DNA of 64,000 bases from an uncultured Acetatifactor sp. (GTDB taxonomy: Bacteria; Bacillota; Clostridia; Lachnospirales; Lachnospiraceae). The notes under the pieces were generated by a model. It worked only from the letters and a program-made list of their open reading frames with translations. It was not told the origin of the DNA and did not search any database. The position numbers were made by a program, and so were the translations under genes. This document shows positions 26,297-37,100 of the stretch, one piece after another (position 1 is the stretch's first letter; every line of letters starts with the position of its first letter). The stretch spans positions 5,147-69,146 of the forward strand of contig CAZGVI010000013.1 in assembly GCA_964529395.1 (NCBI GenBank). The letters run 5' to 3'.

Positions 26297-29263
26297 CTAT
26301 TCCCTTCCCAATATCTCACGTATGGTCTCTATCGTGGGTATATTGTAATCTGTAATGGTATTGCCCTCGCTGTCTATGAACTCAAACTCCTCCAGCTTGC
26401 GGTTAAACTCACGGTTGATGGTCTTTACCGCCTTGTCGATGCGGGTCTGGGCTGTCATACGGTTGACCACGATATCGTTGAAGGCGTTGCTCATCTCACG
26501 CTCCAGCAGATAGGTGCCGGGCACTCTGGCCACATCCACCACATAACTCATCTGCTCCGCTATGATCTGCTTGTCACCGGTGTCCCAGGGCAGCTGCATG
26601 AAAGCGTCCATATTGGCCGTGGTCCACATATATTCCTTGCCGTAAGTGATCTGCAGGGTCTGCCCGAACTCGGCCTGCACTTCTGTGGAAGACCACCATT
26701 TCACAAATTCCCAGGCTTTAGCCTCCCGCTCGCTGTCGGACTTGAAGATCACGCTGCTCTCCGCGCAGCCGCAGACGGTGCGGTCGATGCTGCCGTCCTC
26801 CTGCTCCATGCCGGGCACCAGGGCGATGCTCCAGGAGTTCTTCAGCTCCGGCGCCGCGTTGGACAGCAGGTTGTAGGCGGCGTAATCCGCCACGCCGATA
26901 GGCATGTCGCCGTTGCGAAAATGCTGGTAAAAATTGTCGATATTGATGGGCATATTATAAATGGTAAACAACTCTGTCAGATATGTAAAACCGTCCACAG
27001 ACTCCGCGCTGCCCAGCGCCGTGCCCTCCTGGGCGGTAGCTCCGTACAGAGAGCCGCCAAACTGATGGATCAGCGGGGTCGTACCGTGGAAGTTCCGCAT
27101 CAGCAGCATACCGGACACAGGCTGGTAATAATTCAATCCCCTCATCTGCAACTCCGGCAGCATGTCGATCACATCCTGCATGGTATCGGGAACCTCCAGC
27201 CCCAACTTTTCCAGAATATCGCTGCGGTAGTACAACACCCAGAAATTCATGGTCTCCGGCATGGCATATATGCCGCCGTTAATACAGGATGTCAAAAAGA
27301 ACCCGTCCTCATAGGGAGCCGCGACTTCCCTGAAATCCTCAAACTGCGTCATCTCCACCAGCGCACCGCGGATAGCCAGCTCGTAGGGGATGGTATAGTT
27401 AATGCCCGTGGCCACGTCCGGCGCCTTGCCGGAAGTGTTGGCCAGCACCAGTTTATATTGGTCGGGCATAATGGAAATATCCACCTCTATGCCTGTCTGG
27501 GGGGTAAAATATTCGTCGATCATCTTCTGCATGATCTGCACATACTGGCTGGAACGGTTTACCCATACCTGTAAGTGTTCCGGATCCGTGTTGCCCGTGG
27601 AGTACGCCTGGTCGGTAAAGGAGGTCACAAACCGCTTGATATTCATGCCCGCAGACGCAAAGATATTGGGCTTTTTCGGGAGCTGCGCATCCTCCTGATA
27701 TATGTAGATCCTGTCGATAGCTATCTTGTTTTTGATCAGGGTGTCCACCGTGTTTGCCAGATGCCTGTTGGCGCTGGAGGGGCTGGTACACAGCTCCGCC
27801 ACGCGGAAAGGTATCTCGTCCGGCTCCTCCGCCAGAGAGATCAACTGCTGGGCGGCAATACTCATGGAGGACAGAACGGCCACCGTTCCTTTTTTGCCTG
27901 CGTATTCTTTCACCGTATCCTGCAGGGCATATAGCTGATCCGCATACCCGTACAGCTGCTCCTCGATATCCGGAATATAACGGGATAATTTCAGGTCGCG
28001 GTATTTGTCCGCATTGTTGCCCGCCACCTTGGTGATCTCCAGAGACAGGTCATTGATGGCCGACATGATCTCGTCCAATCCTTCCAGTATCTCCCGGATC
28101 TCATCAATGCTGATGGTGAAGGATATGGTGTGGGTACCTTTCTCCAGATACACGCTTATATTCTCACCGCTCTCATCTGTGAGGGTGGCCGTCTTATATT
28201 TGGTGGTATAAGCCATGGGATAGGATTCCAACAGACTGTTAGGAATCTCCCCGTCTATCTCCACGTTAAGAAATACCGGAAAATCATTTTTATCAGACTG
28301 CCGGTAATTCATCCCTATGTAATAGTACCCGTCCCGGTACACATCAAATTGATAGGTCACTTTCTGTCCCGCGGAGACAAAGGAATCGGAATCAATGGTG
28401 TTGAGGACCGTGTCCTTGACTTCGTAGGGATACAGGCTGGTATCATACTCCGCCACGCCGTGAATAGCGGAATCGTTTCTGTAGGTGAAGTCTTCTCCCT
28501 GAATCTCGATCAGCTCCTCGCCCGCCGCCTTTTGACTGCCGGTGTACTCCGGGATCTGCTCCGGCGCGGCCAGCACCAGCCCTCCCAGCAAGAAGTTGCC
28601 TTCGTTTACTGCCAGCCGGATCTCGTGGCTGCCTGCCTCCAGCTCCAGCGTCAAAGGACGGCTGCGCCGGTAACTGCCGTCGCTTAAGAATTTGCGTTCC
28701 CACTGGATCAGTTTATCCGGCACTGTCACGATCTCATTGCCGTAGCGGTCTACGGATTTCTCGCCGTCCCCTATCCAGGTGGTCTCAAACTCCAGATTAC
28801 GGCACTCATAATAGGGATACTCCCCGTCCACAGTCATGGCCAGACCTATGGGCAGTACGGATTCGTCATAAGACAGGTAATCAAAGCCCAGCCAGTACTG
28901 CGCTGTCTCAGGTACGTCCACCTGCACAGTGACCGCATCCCCTATGTGGAGATCCACCACGGCGTCCGCCAGCTCATAACCTCTGGTCTCGGAAGTGATA
29001 TTGCCGGACTCTGCACCGGTTATTTGCTCTGCCGCTCTCATGACCACATCGTCACCGGTATATACGGGCGCCTTATAACCGGCGCTCACCTTGGTGTAGT
29101 TGTTGGTGATCATCTCATTGACATACCCGCCGTCAGAGGTGTAGGTGGACGCGGCACTCCCGTCATCTGTCTCAGCCCACAGCTCCCGGCAGGGAACGGC
29201 AGCCAGAAGCATGGTGACAGCAAGCACTGTGGCCGTCAATTTTGCACCGCTTTTCCGCTTCAT
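26297..29263 (-). CDS. Very large extracellular solute-binding protein (N-terminal beta-sandwich/CBM-like domains + C-terminal SBP)
   Basis: 988 aa; signal peptide; C-terminal SBP_bac_1-like region (SGKAPDVA, AWEFVKWWSSTEVQ). Confidence 0.8.
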   Translation of the reverse strand: MKRKSGAKLTATVLAVTMLLAAVPCRELWAETDDGSAASTYTSDGGYVNEMITNNYTKVSAGYKAPVYTGDDVVMRAAEQITGAESGNITSETRGYELADAVVDLHIGDAVTVQVDVPETAQYWLGFDYLSYDESVLPIGLAMTVDGEYPYYECRNLEFETTWIGDGEKSVDRYGNEIVTVPDKLIQWERKFLSDGSYRRSRPLTLELEAGSHEIRLAVNEGNFLLGGLVLAAPEQIPEYTGSQKAAGEELIEIQGEDFTYRNDSAIHGVAEYDTSLYPYEVKDTVLNTIDSDSFVSAGQKVTYQFDVYRDGYYYIGMNYRQSDKNDFPVFLNVEIDGEIPNSLLESYPMAYTTKYKTATLTDESGENISVYLEKGTHTISFTISIDEIREILEGLDEIMSAINDLSLEITKVAGNNADKYRDLKLSRYIPDIEEQLYGYADQLYALQDTVKEYAGKKGTVAVLSSMSIAAQQLISLAEEPDEIPFRVAELCTSPSSANRHLANTVDTLIKNKIAIDRIYIYQEDAQLPKKPNIFASAGMNIKRFVTSFTDQAYSTGNTDPEHLQVWVNRSSQYVQIMQKMIDEYFTPQTGIEVDISIMPDQYKLVLANTSGKAPDVATGINYTIPYELAIRGALVEMTQFEDFREVAAPYEDGFFLTSCINGGIYAMPETMNFWVLYYRSDILEKLGLEVPDTMQDVIDMLPELQMRGLNYYQPVSGMLLMRNFHGTTPLIHQFGGSLYGATAQEGTALGSAESVDGFTYLTELFTIYNMPINIDNFYQHFRNGDMPIGVADYAAYNLLSNAAPELKNSWSIALVPGMEQEDGSIDRTVCGCAESSVIFKSDSEREAKAWEFVKWWSSTEVQAEFGQTLQITYGKEYMWTTANMDAFMQLPWDTGDKQIIAEQMSYVVDVARVPGTYLLEREMSNAFNDIVVNRMTAQTRIDKAVKTINREFNRKLEEFEFIDSEGNTITDYNIPTIETIREILGRE

Positions 29264-29334
29264 AATGATAACCTTTCCTTTCCTTGTTTATTTTATTAAA
29301 TCCTTAAATGTTTTAGTAAACCCTATACAATTCT

Positions 29335-29363
29335 AAGTTACTATGTTTTGGGCAAAAAGTCAA
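29335..29363 (-). promoter_or_regulatory. Candidate sigma-A promoter of the ABC/NHL-Yip1/DUF5696 operon
   Basis: TTGACT (29358-29363) - 17 bp - TAACTT (29335-29340). Confidence 0.45.
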
Positions 29364-29580
29364 TGCTGGAAATATATTTTTTTTGTGATATTTTATATGT
29401 AGGAGGGGCTGGGATATTCGTGGTTTGGGCACTGTTGGGAAAATAGACAAAAAATCGCGCGGATGTTTGGTAAAATTGAACGAATCAGGGCGTATCAGTG
29501 TCGCCGGGGAGAGGAAATAATCCTTCTGTCCCCGTGCAAGCAAAATTAATTATAGCAATATAGTAGGAAGGAGACGGACT

Positions 29581-32319
29581 ATGTTCCAGAGAAATCAGAA
29601 CTTTAAAGTCGCAGGTTGTCTGGTCACGGCGGCCTGTCTGCTCGCCTCCTGCGGGGCTCCGACGGGAGAGGCGCAGGAGGGCGGGGCAGCAGCCAGCCAG
29701 GTGACAGAGGTACATACGGGGGTGACAGCCAGCGAAGAGACGGGAGGTGTGACGGTTCCAATGGCTGATTATGTGATTCATACGAATACCTTGGCTCTGG
29801 ACGCATCCCATGGAATCAGCGATACGCTCTATGGGATCTTTCTGGAAGATATCAATCATGCGCTGGACGGAGGATTGTACGCGGAGCTGGTAAAGAACCG
29901 CTCCTTTGAATACGGCGGTCTCGCCGGGAATCAGGGCAAACACGGGTGGAGCGTCTGGCCCGGAACCGGAGACTCCTTCGACTTTTCCGTCATAGACGGC
30001 TCCGGGGACGGCAGCTGCCTACACGAGAATAATCCCCACTATGCCCGACTGACCAACAGGGACGAGACAGAGCGCCTTTACCTCTCCAACAGGGGATATC
30101 TGTCCGGCATGAATATTAGGGGCCAGGAGGATTATACCTTCTCGGTCTACCTGAAAAGCGCCGAAGGATATGACGGCACCGTTTCCGTGGAATTAAACCG
30201 CCAGGGGGCGACGCTGGCCAGGGGTGAAATTACCGACATAACCGAAAAATGGGCAAAATATGAGTTGACACTGTCGGCAGAGGAACAGACTGCCGGCGCC
30301 GATCTGGCAGATTCCGCGCTGACACTGGATCTGGGAATCAGCAGGGGCAGCGTGGACGTGGATATGGTGAGCCTGATGCCTGTGGATACTTATAAGAATC
30401 TGCCCATCCGCAGGGATCTGGGAGAGATGCTGGAAACTTTACATCCCGCTTTTCTGCGATTTCCCGGCGGCTGCGTCATTGAGGGACGAGACGAGGAATC
30501 CATGTACAGTTGGAAAGACTCTATCGGAAACGGCGCACGGCTGACCGTTGGAGACGTGACCACCACCGGCGGCATTGAGGTGCGGCCCCAGAGCTATTCC
30601 ATATGGAAAGGCACCCAGGGTCATCCCTACTATACCACTTACGGTATCGGATTCTATGAATTTTTTGAGCTTTGCGAGGCGCTGGACTGTATGCCCGTGC
30701 CGGTGCTGAACGCCGGTATGACCTGCCAGGTACAGAGTCCGAAATATATCGTCTATGACATAAACAGCGAGGAATTCCGCCAGTGCGTGCAGGACGCCTT
30801 GGATCTGGTGGAGTTCTGCCGGGGTGACGGTTCCACCCGCTGGGGCAGCGTGCGTATCGCCATGGGACATGAAGAGCCTTTTGCTCTGCGATATATAGGC
30901 ATCGGCAACGAGCAGTGGCAGTCCGAGTACTTCCAGCATTACCGCTATTTCGTTGATGCCTTTAACGACGCAGCAGAGAAAAATCCCGATCTTTACGGAG
31001 ATATCCGGCTGATCGTGGCCAACAGCACTTCCTCCGGAGATCGGGTGGGCTGGAACTATGTGGAGGACTGCGCAGACTGGGGGGATGAGATCACCGCTTT
31101 GGTGGACGAACACTATTACGAACCGCCCTCTTTCTTTTTCACCAACACCCACCGCTATGACAGCTATGACAGGGACAGCCAGGCGAAAGTATTTCTGGGA
31201 GAGTATGCCGCCCAGTCCAACACTCTGGAGGCGGCGCTGTCCGAGGCCGCTTATATGACAGGTCTGGAGAAAAACGGTGATGTGGTGGAGATGGCCTGCT
31301 ACGCGCCGCTGTTCGGCAACCGTCTACAGAGCCAGTGGAGCCCGGATATGATCTGGTTTGACAACACGACGGCATACGGCTCCGTGAATTACTATGTGCA
31401 GCAGCTGTTCGCAAACAATAAGGGCAGCGTAAATCTGCCCACGGAGCTGACGGTGGACACTGCCGCCTCCGGCGGGCTGTCAGGCAGGGCAGGACTGGGC
31501 AGCTGGCAGACCAGGGTGGCCTATGACAATCTCACCGTCACCGACAATGCCACGAGAGACGTATTGTATCAGGCGGATTTTGAGGACGGGGAGATCCCTT
31601 CGGATATGGATACCTGGGAGGGAGACTGGGCCGTGGAAGACGGCAGACTGATTCAAAGTCATACCGGCGATCCAAATAACAGCAACACCGGGGACAGCCT
31701 GTATTTCGGAGACACTGACTGGAGTGATTACACCCTTACCGTGGAGGCGGAAATCCTTTCCGGCGCCGAGGGATTCCTGATCCCGGTATGCGTACAGGAT
31801 CCCTCTAACAATCTGTTTTGGAATATCGGCGGTTGGGGCAATACGGTGTCCTGTCTGCAGATCGTCTCCGGCGGCAGCAAGAGCGGCCAGGTGTCCGGCA
31901 CCGTGAAAAACCTGAAACTGCAGCAGGGCAAGATCTACACGATCAAAGTGGTAGTGGACGGCAACCACGTGGAAGGATATCTGGATGACACCAAATATCT
32001 GGACTACACCTATCAGGCTCCTCTGGCGCTGTATGAGTCCGCCAGCGTGGACGACAATGGTGACATTATCATCAAGCTGGTCAATCCCACAGATCACGGC
32101 ATCTCAGTGGATACCCGGCTGGAAGATTTCTCCGCCGACGCATACAGCGATACCGCACAGGTGACAGTACTGTCAGGTGATTCTCTGAGCGCTGTAAACA
32201 GTTTTGACGAGCCGGAAAAGATGATCCCTTCCACGTCCGAGATCGACATAGGCGCATCCTTTACCTACGAGGCTCCCGCCTATTCCGTATCCATACTGCG
32301 GATAAGCGCTTCAAGATAG
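29581..32319 (+). CDS. Surface lipoprotein GH51 alpha-L-arabinofuranosidase with extra beta-sandwich domains
   Basis: Lipobox LLASC; FLRFPGGC, IGIGNE, FLGEYAA, ACYAPLF motifs; insertion domain before the C-terminal beta-sandwich. Confidence 0.88.
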   Translation: MFQRNQNFKVAGCLVTAACLLASCGAPTGEAQEGGAAASQVTEVHTGVTASEETGGVTVPMADYVIHTNTLALDASHGISDTLYGIFLEDINHALDGGLYAELVKNRSFEYGGLAGNQGKHGWSVWPGTGDSFDFSVIDGSGDGSCLHENNPHYARLTNRDETERLYLSNRGYLSGMNIRGQEDYTFSVYLKSAEGYDGTVSVELNRQGATLARGEITDITEKWAKYELTLSAEEQTAGADLADSALTLDLGISRGSVDVDMVSLMPVDTYKNLPIRRDLGEMLETLHPAFLRFPGGCVIEGRDEESMYSWKDSIGNGARLTVGDVTTTGGIEVRPQSYSIWKGTQGHPYYTTYGIGFYEFFELCEALDCMPVPVLNAGMTCQVQSPKYIVYDINSEEFRQCVQDALDLVEFCRGDGSTRWGSVRIAMGHEEPFALRYIGIGNEQWQSEYFQHYRYFVDAFNDAAEKNPDLYGDIRLIVANSTSSGDRVGWNYVEDCADWGDEITALVDEHYYEPPSFFFTNTHRYDSYDRDSQAKVFLGEYAAQSNTLEAALSEAAYMTGLEKNGDVVEMACYAPLFGNRLQSQWSPDMIWFDNTTAYGSVNYYVQQLFANNKGSVNLPTELTVDTAASGGLSGRAGLGSWQTRVAYDNLTVTDNATRDVLYQADFEDGEIPSDMDTWEGDWAVEDGRLIQSHTGDPNNSNTGDSLYFGDTDWSDYTLTVEAEILSGAEGFLIPVCVQDPSNNLFWNIGGWGNTVSCLQIVSGGSKSGQVSGTVKNLKLQQGKIYTIKVVVDGNHVEGYLDDTKYLDYTYQAPLALYESASVDDNGDIIIKLVNPTDHGISVDTRLEDFSADAYSDTAQVTVLSGDSLSAVNSFDEPEKMIPSTSEIDIGASFTYEAPAYSVSILRISASR

Positions 32320-32326
32320 CGCCCGC

Positions 32327-32375
32327 AAAAAAGAGTACGGGGCAGTTCATAGCTGTCCCCGTACTCTATATTTTT
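32327..32375. terminator. Bidirectional terminator between GH51 and the diguanylate cyclase gene
   Basis: agagtacgggg ... ccccgtactct with flanking A/T tracts. Confidence 0.75.
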
Positions 32376-32391
32376 ATTCTCCTATCGCGTC

Positions 32392-34170
32392 CTACAGGAC
32401 GTGCGCCATAAGCTTACTGGCCGTCAGCAGGAAATTCTTGTCCGACTCCGACCAACGGAAATGATCGTTAAACGCCTCATAAAAGAAATAGAGATTTGAA
32501 CCGTTTTGATCCTGATAGTTGAAACAGACCATCCCCTCCACCCTGCTGCCCCGCAGCAGCTCGAAGAGTTCCCTGTTTACTCCCTCCAGATTGGTCACAT
32601 GGCTCGCCATCAGATAATGGGGATGATCCATCAGTTTTTTCATCTCGTCGTCAATGATAAAGCGGTGCATTTCCGGCGCGGACTGGTAATCTCCGCTGAG
32701 GTACAGGGGCTCCTCCCGCCCCGCCCGGTATATTCTCACGCCGTCGATCTCAAATGCGGCCCGGATCTGATCCAATATCTCCTCCATTGGCCCCGTGCCT
32801 TCCGAAAACAGACGTATGCCTATATCCGCCACCACGTCCGCCAGATATTCCGCTTTCTCCAGGGGATCCATGGTATGTCGGATGGACTGCTGTGTAGCCG
32901 CCATGCCTCCGTGTTTATCCTCCTCATAGATCACGAAACGGTTCTTCCCTTTGAATTTCGCGAGGTACAGGCATTTATCCGCCTTTTTGAACAACTCGTC
33001 GTAGGTGGAACCGTCCGTAGGCGCCTTGCTTACACCGATGGACAGCGTGACCTTACAGTTCTGTTTTTGCATTTCAAAAGTGTTCTGTACTCTTTTTCTG
33101 ATAGAAGTCAAAAACGCCCGCAACTGCATCTCAGAGGTGATCCAGTTGGTAAAGATGAAGAACTCGTCCCCGCCGAAACGCCCTACGATCCCCCGCCCGT
33201 TCAGACTGCTGTTGATAATGGAGGCGACCTGGCTTATGACCACATCCCCATACATATGACCAAAGGTATCATTGACATTTTTAAAATTATCAATATCCAC
33301 CATGGCCATATAATGTATTTCGTTGTCAGAGGCCAGTATCTCTGTGGCATATTCGGCACAGGCCCGTTTGTTCAACAGACCAGTAAAAGAGTCCTTGCCC
33401 TCCGCTGTGGCATAATAGGGGATCGCATCCTCCTCGCGCTGATCCAGCATTCTGAGAATACCCAGCACCACCTTCTCGTTGTTGTGCTTATAGATCACCT
33501 TTCCGTCGATATGGAACAGACCCATCACCGTTTTCCGTCCCGGGACCGGCCCCCGCAGATCACAGCTGAAATTCTCCTGAGCGCTGAGCAGATGCTGGCA
33601 AAACTCTTCCAGTTCCTCCTGAAAACTGCTCCGGGGGTACATCTGTTTTACGCGCTGCTGAAACTGCTCCAGACTGCACTTCAGCAGCACTGTGGATCGG
33701 ATTCCCACATAGCGGAACACGGCAATGCAGTCCTGCTCCACGTCATAGTCAAAGAGATAATCCTGGTACATGGACAGAAACGCCCTGTATCTGTTGGCAT
33801 CGTTAGATGCCTGCAGGTATTTTTCCTCGATGGTAAAAAGATTGTAGATCATCAGTTCCCACACCGGTTCGCCGTTTACCGTATGTCCCAGATCGCTGAT
33901 GGTCATATCCACTTGCTGATATGCCTCTTCCGTTCCCCGCATGGCCGTCAGAATACGCACCGACTGTCCTTTTTTCAGGCTTTTACAGGTCTCACAAAAC
34001 TCCTCCCGAAGATCCGGGTGGACATAGTCAGCCATACATATGCCCACGGTCTTGCCCAGAAACTGATAAAAATACTCGTCCCCCATCAGGACCATATATT
34101 CTCTGTTTATGGACGTGCTGCAATGTATCATGTCCGCTGGTTTCTCTGATACATAATCTGCGATCTTCAT
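32392..34170 (-). CDS. Diguanylate cyclase (GGDEF domain) with N-terminal sensory and C-terminal GAF-like regions
   Basis: DSFTGLLNKR, DIDNFKNVNDTFGHMYGD, RFGGDEF, ADKCLYLAK. Confidence 0.9.
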   Translation of the reverse strand: MKIADYVSEKPADMIHCSTSINREYMVLMGDEYFYQFLGKTVGICMADYVHPDLREEFCETCKSLKKGQSVRILTAMRGTEEAYQQVDMTISDLGHTVNGEPVWELMIYNLFTIEEKYLQASNDANRYRAFLSMYQDYLFDYDVEQDCIAVFRYVGIRSTVLLKCSLEQFQQRVKQMYPRSSFQEELEEFCQHLLSAQENFSCDLRGPVPGRKTVMGLFHIDGKVIYKHNNEKVVLGILRMLDQREEDAIPYYATAEGKDSFTGLLNKRACAEYATEILASDNEIHYMAMVDIDNFKNVNDTFGHMYGDVVISQVASIINSSLNGRGIVGRFGGDEFFIFTNWITSEMQLRAFLTSIRKRVQNTFEMQKQNCKVTLSIGVSKAPTDGSTYDELFKKADKCLYLAKFKGKNRFVIYEEDKHGGMAATQQSIRHTMDPLEKAEYLADVVADIGIRLFSEGTGPMEEILDQIRAAFEIDGVRIYRAGREEPLYLSGDYQSAPEMHRFIIDDEMKKLMDHPHYLMASHVTNLEGVNRELFELLRGSRVEGMVCFNYQDQNGSNLYFFYEAFNDHFRWSESDKNFLLTASKLMAHVL

Positions 34171-34195
34171 ATCCTTAGCCTTTCTCCACTCACGC

Positions 34196-37100
34196 TCATC
34201 TCTCTTGTTTTAATACCTTATCCAGTTCCTGCATCAAAACCTCAATGTTAATGGGCTTTGCTATATGGCCGTTCATACCGCTCCTTAGAGCCTCCTGCTT
34301 ATCTTCCTCAAAAGCGTTGGCCGTCATGGCCAGAATGGGGATCGTCGCCAATTCACGGTTCTCCAACTTTCGGATGATCCTGGTGGCCTCATAGCCGTTC
34401 ATCACCGGCATCTGCACATCCATAAGTATCATCTGATAGTATCCCGGCTGCGAACGGCTCAGCATATCCACGGCCACCTGCCCGTTCTCCGCAACCTCGA
34501 TGGTAAATCCCGCTCCCTCCAGAATAGCCGTGGCGATCTCCTGGTTAAGCTCGTTGTCCTCTGTCAGCAGGATGCGTCCCTTATCAAGTTCCTGGGGCTC
34601 TTTGTGCTGAACATCGCTCTCCGTTTCCGTACTGAGGACAGAATTCAGACAGCTCCTTAACTCCGACAAAAACAGCGGCTTGCTGCAGAATGCCGTGATG
34701 CCCGCCTCTAAAGCTTCGTCCTCAATCTCGGACCAGTCATAGGCCGTCAGCACTACAATGGGTATATCCCTGCCCGTCTCTTTTCTGATCCTCCTTGCCA
34801 CTTCAATCCCGTTCATATCCGGCAGCGTCCAGTCAATGATATAGACCCGGTAACTGTCTTTTCGCATAACCGCCTGCCGGGTGCGCAGAATGGCTTCCTT
34901 GCCGGACATGGTCCACTCGGCCCGCAGCCCGATCTGCTGCAACATGCTGGATACACTGTCACAGGCGTTAAAGTCGGCATTCACCACCAAAGCTTTAAGA
35001 TCCTTCAGCTCGGGGATTATACCGGGATCCTTTTTCCCCTGATACAGCCGGAACATAAAGGAGACTATACACTCCGTGCCCTCGCCCTGTCTGCTCTTTA
35101 CCTCTATTGTTCCCTTCATCATGTCCACAATATTCTTGGTGATGGACATGCCCAGCCCGGTTCCCTGTATCTTGCTGATGGTGGAGTTGCGCTCCCGCTC
35201 AAAAGGCTCAAAGATATGCTCCAAAAACTCCTCGCTCATACCGATACCGGTATCTATGATATGAAAATCATAACTGGCAAAACCTTCCGGCGCGCCTTCC
35301 TTTTCCACCGCCTTTACGATTACCTTTCCTCCCGGATTGGTGTATTTCACCGCATTGCTCATCAGGTTCAGGAACACCTGGTTGAGCCGCAGTCCGTCGC
35401 AGTAGATATCCTCATTGCGAATGCCCTTGGCGTCCATATACAGTTCCAGTTGTTTAGCATGGATATCCGCCTGCATGATACTGCGGAGATTGTGCAGGAT
35501 ATCCGGCAGACTGCAGGGCTTTTCCTCCAGATGCATCTTGCCGCTCTCTATCCGGCTCATATCCAAAATATCATTTATCAGACTCAGCAGGTGGTTTCCC
35601 GACGTCATGATCTTCTGGAGATACATTTCCACATGTTCCTTGTGGTCAATATGACTGAGCGCCAGCGTGGTAAAACCGATAATGGCATTCATGGGTGTGC
35701 GGATATCATGGGACATGTTGGACAGGAACACGCTCTTGGCCTCATTGGCGCGGTTGGCCTGAGAAAGCGCATCCTCAAGCAGCGCTTTTTTCTCCATCTC
35801 ACTGCGGATCTCCTCATCCACACTGCGGAATCCAAGCACGATCCCCCTGTTTTTATCCCATTCCCCGGCCCGCACGGCGATCATCTGGAAATACCGCATC
35901 TCGCCGCCGCAGGCGGTACGGTAATTGGCAAAACACATCTTCTTTTCCGACAGTTCTCTTTCCAGCCGTTGGCAGGAGACCGCCTGTCTCAATATCTCCC
36001 TGTCATCCGGATAGACGCAGCTTTCTATGTAATCCTCTATACATGTTTCCAGAGACAGTTCTCCCACAAATATATTCTTTAGTACATTCTCCCGACACTC
36101 TCCGGTCCGGAGGGAATTGCCCCTTCCGGTATTCAGGTCGAAATAACATACTAGATTGTATTCAATACTGAGAGCGTGGATCAGCTCGATCTGGTGCTCA
36201 TCCTTCTCTCTCTGTTTGATCTCGTCATGCTGTTTCTGCGCGGTACAGTCCAGGAGAAATCTCTGATAGAGCAGTTCCCCGTTTTCCCGTATAAGCTTAA
36301 AATTGCCCATTACATGCAGGATCTTGCCGTCCGCATGTTGCACCCGATAGGCCACGGTAATACTGTCCCCTTCCTGGCGCAGCGCCTTCAGACTCTGGCG
36401 CAGCTTGGGCCTATCCTCCTCCAGAACGGAGGTCGCTATCATGTCAAACCCCGCCGCCATCAACTCACTCAGGGATTCGTAGCCCAAAATATGCAGCGCC
36501 GCCCCATTGATACGGGTGATCCGCGATCCGTCCAGACTGTGACACATGATTCCGCAGTCCATGGAAGTAAACACTGCCTCCAGTGTCTGTGCCTTGTTGA
36601 GCAGCTCCTGGGCATACTCCTGCTCCTTGGTCACATCGATGCCCACACCTACCGTCCCCATGACGCTGCCGTCCACATCATACAGCGGAGATTTGTAGGT
36701 GGTGAGAAGCCTGGTTCCCTCCTGGGTCTGGATACATTCCCCAGCCACACAGGTCTCCTTTTTCTCCATAACTATACGTTCTGACTCAATACAGGCGGGA
36801 TCGTCCTGCTCCACATCCCAGATATGGGCGTGCCGGTACCCCTCCACCTGCTGCCGTGTCTTGTGGACCATGCTGCAAAAGCAATCGTTCACTTTCTCAT
36901 GAACGCCGTCTTTATCCTTGTACCAGATCAGATTGGGAACACTGTTCACTGTGGTCTCCAGATACTGGCTGGTCTCCCAATAATCCTTCTGCATCTTAAC
37001 GGACTGCTGCCACCGCAAAAAACGGAAACGCAATTCCTCCTCCGACATGGGCAATATCCATATATCCTGTATCTGCGGCAGGTACTCCGTAAGCGCGTCC

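Noticed and set aside
32506-34149. 547-aa plus-strand ORF
   Set aside because: Antisense shadow of the diguanylate cyclase.
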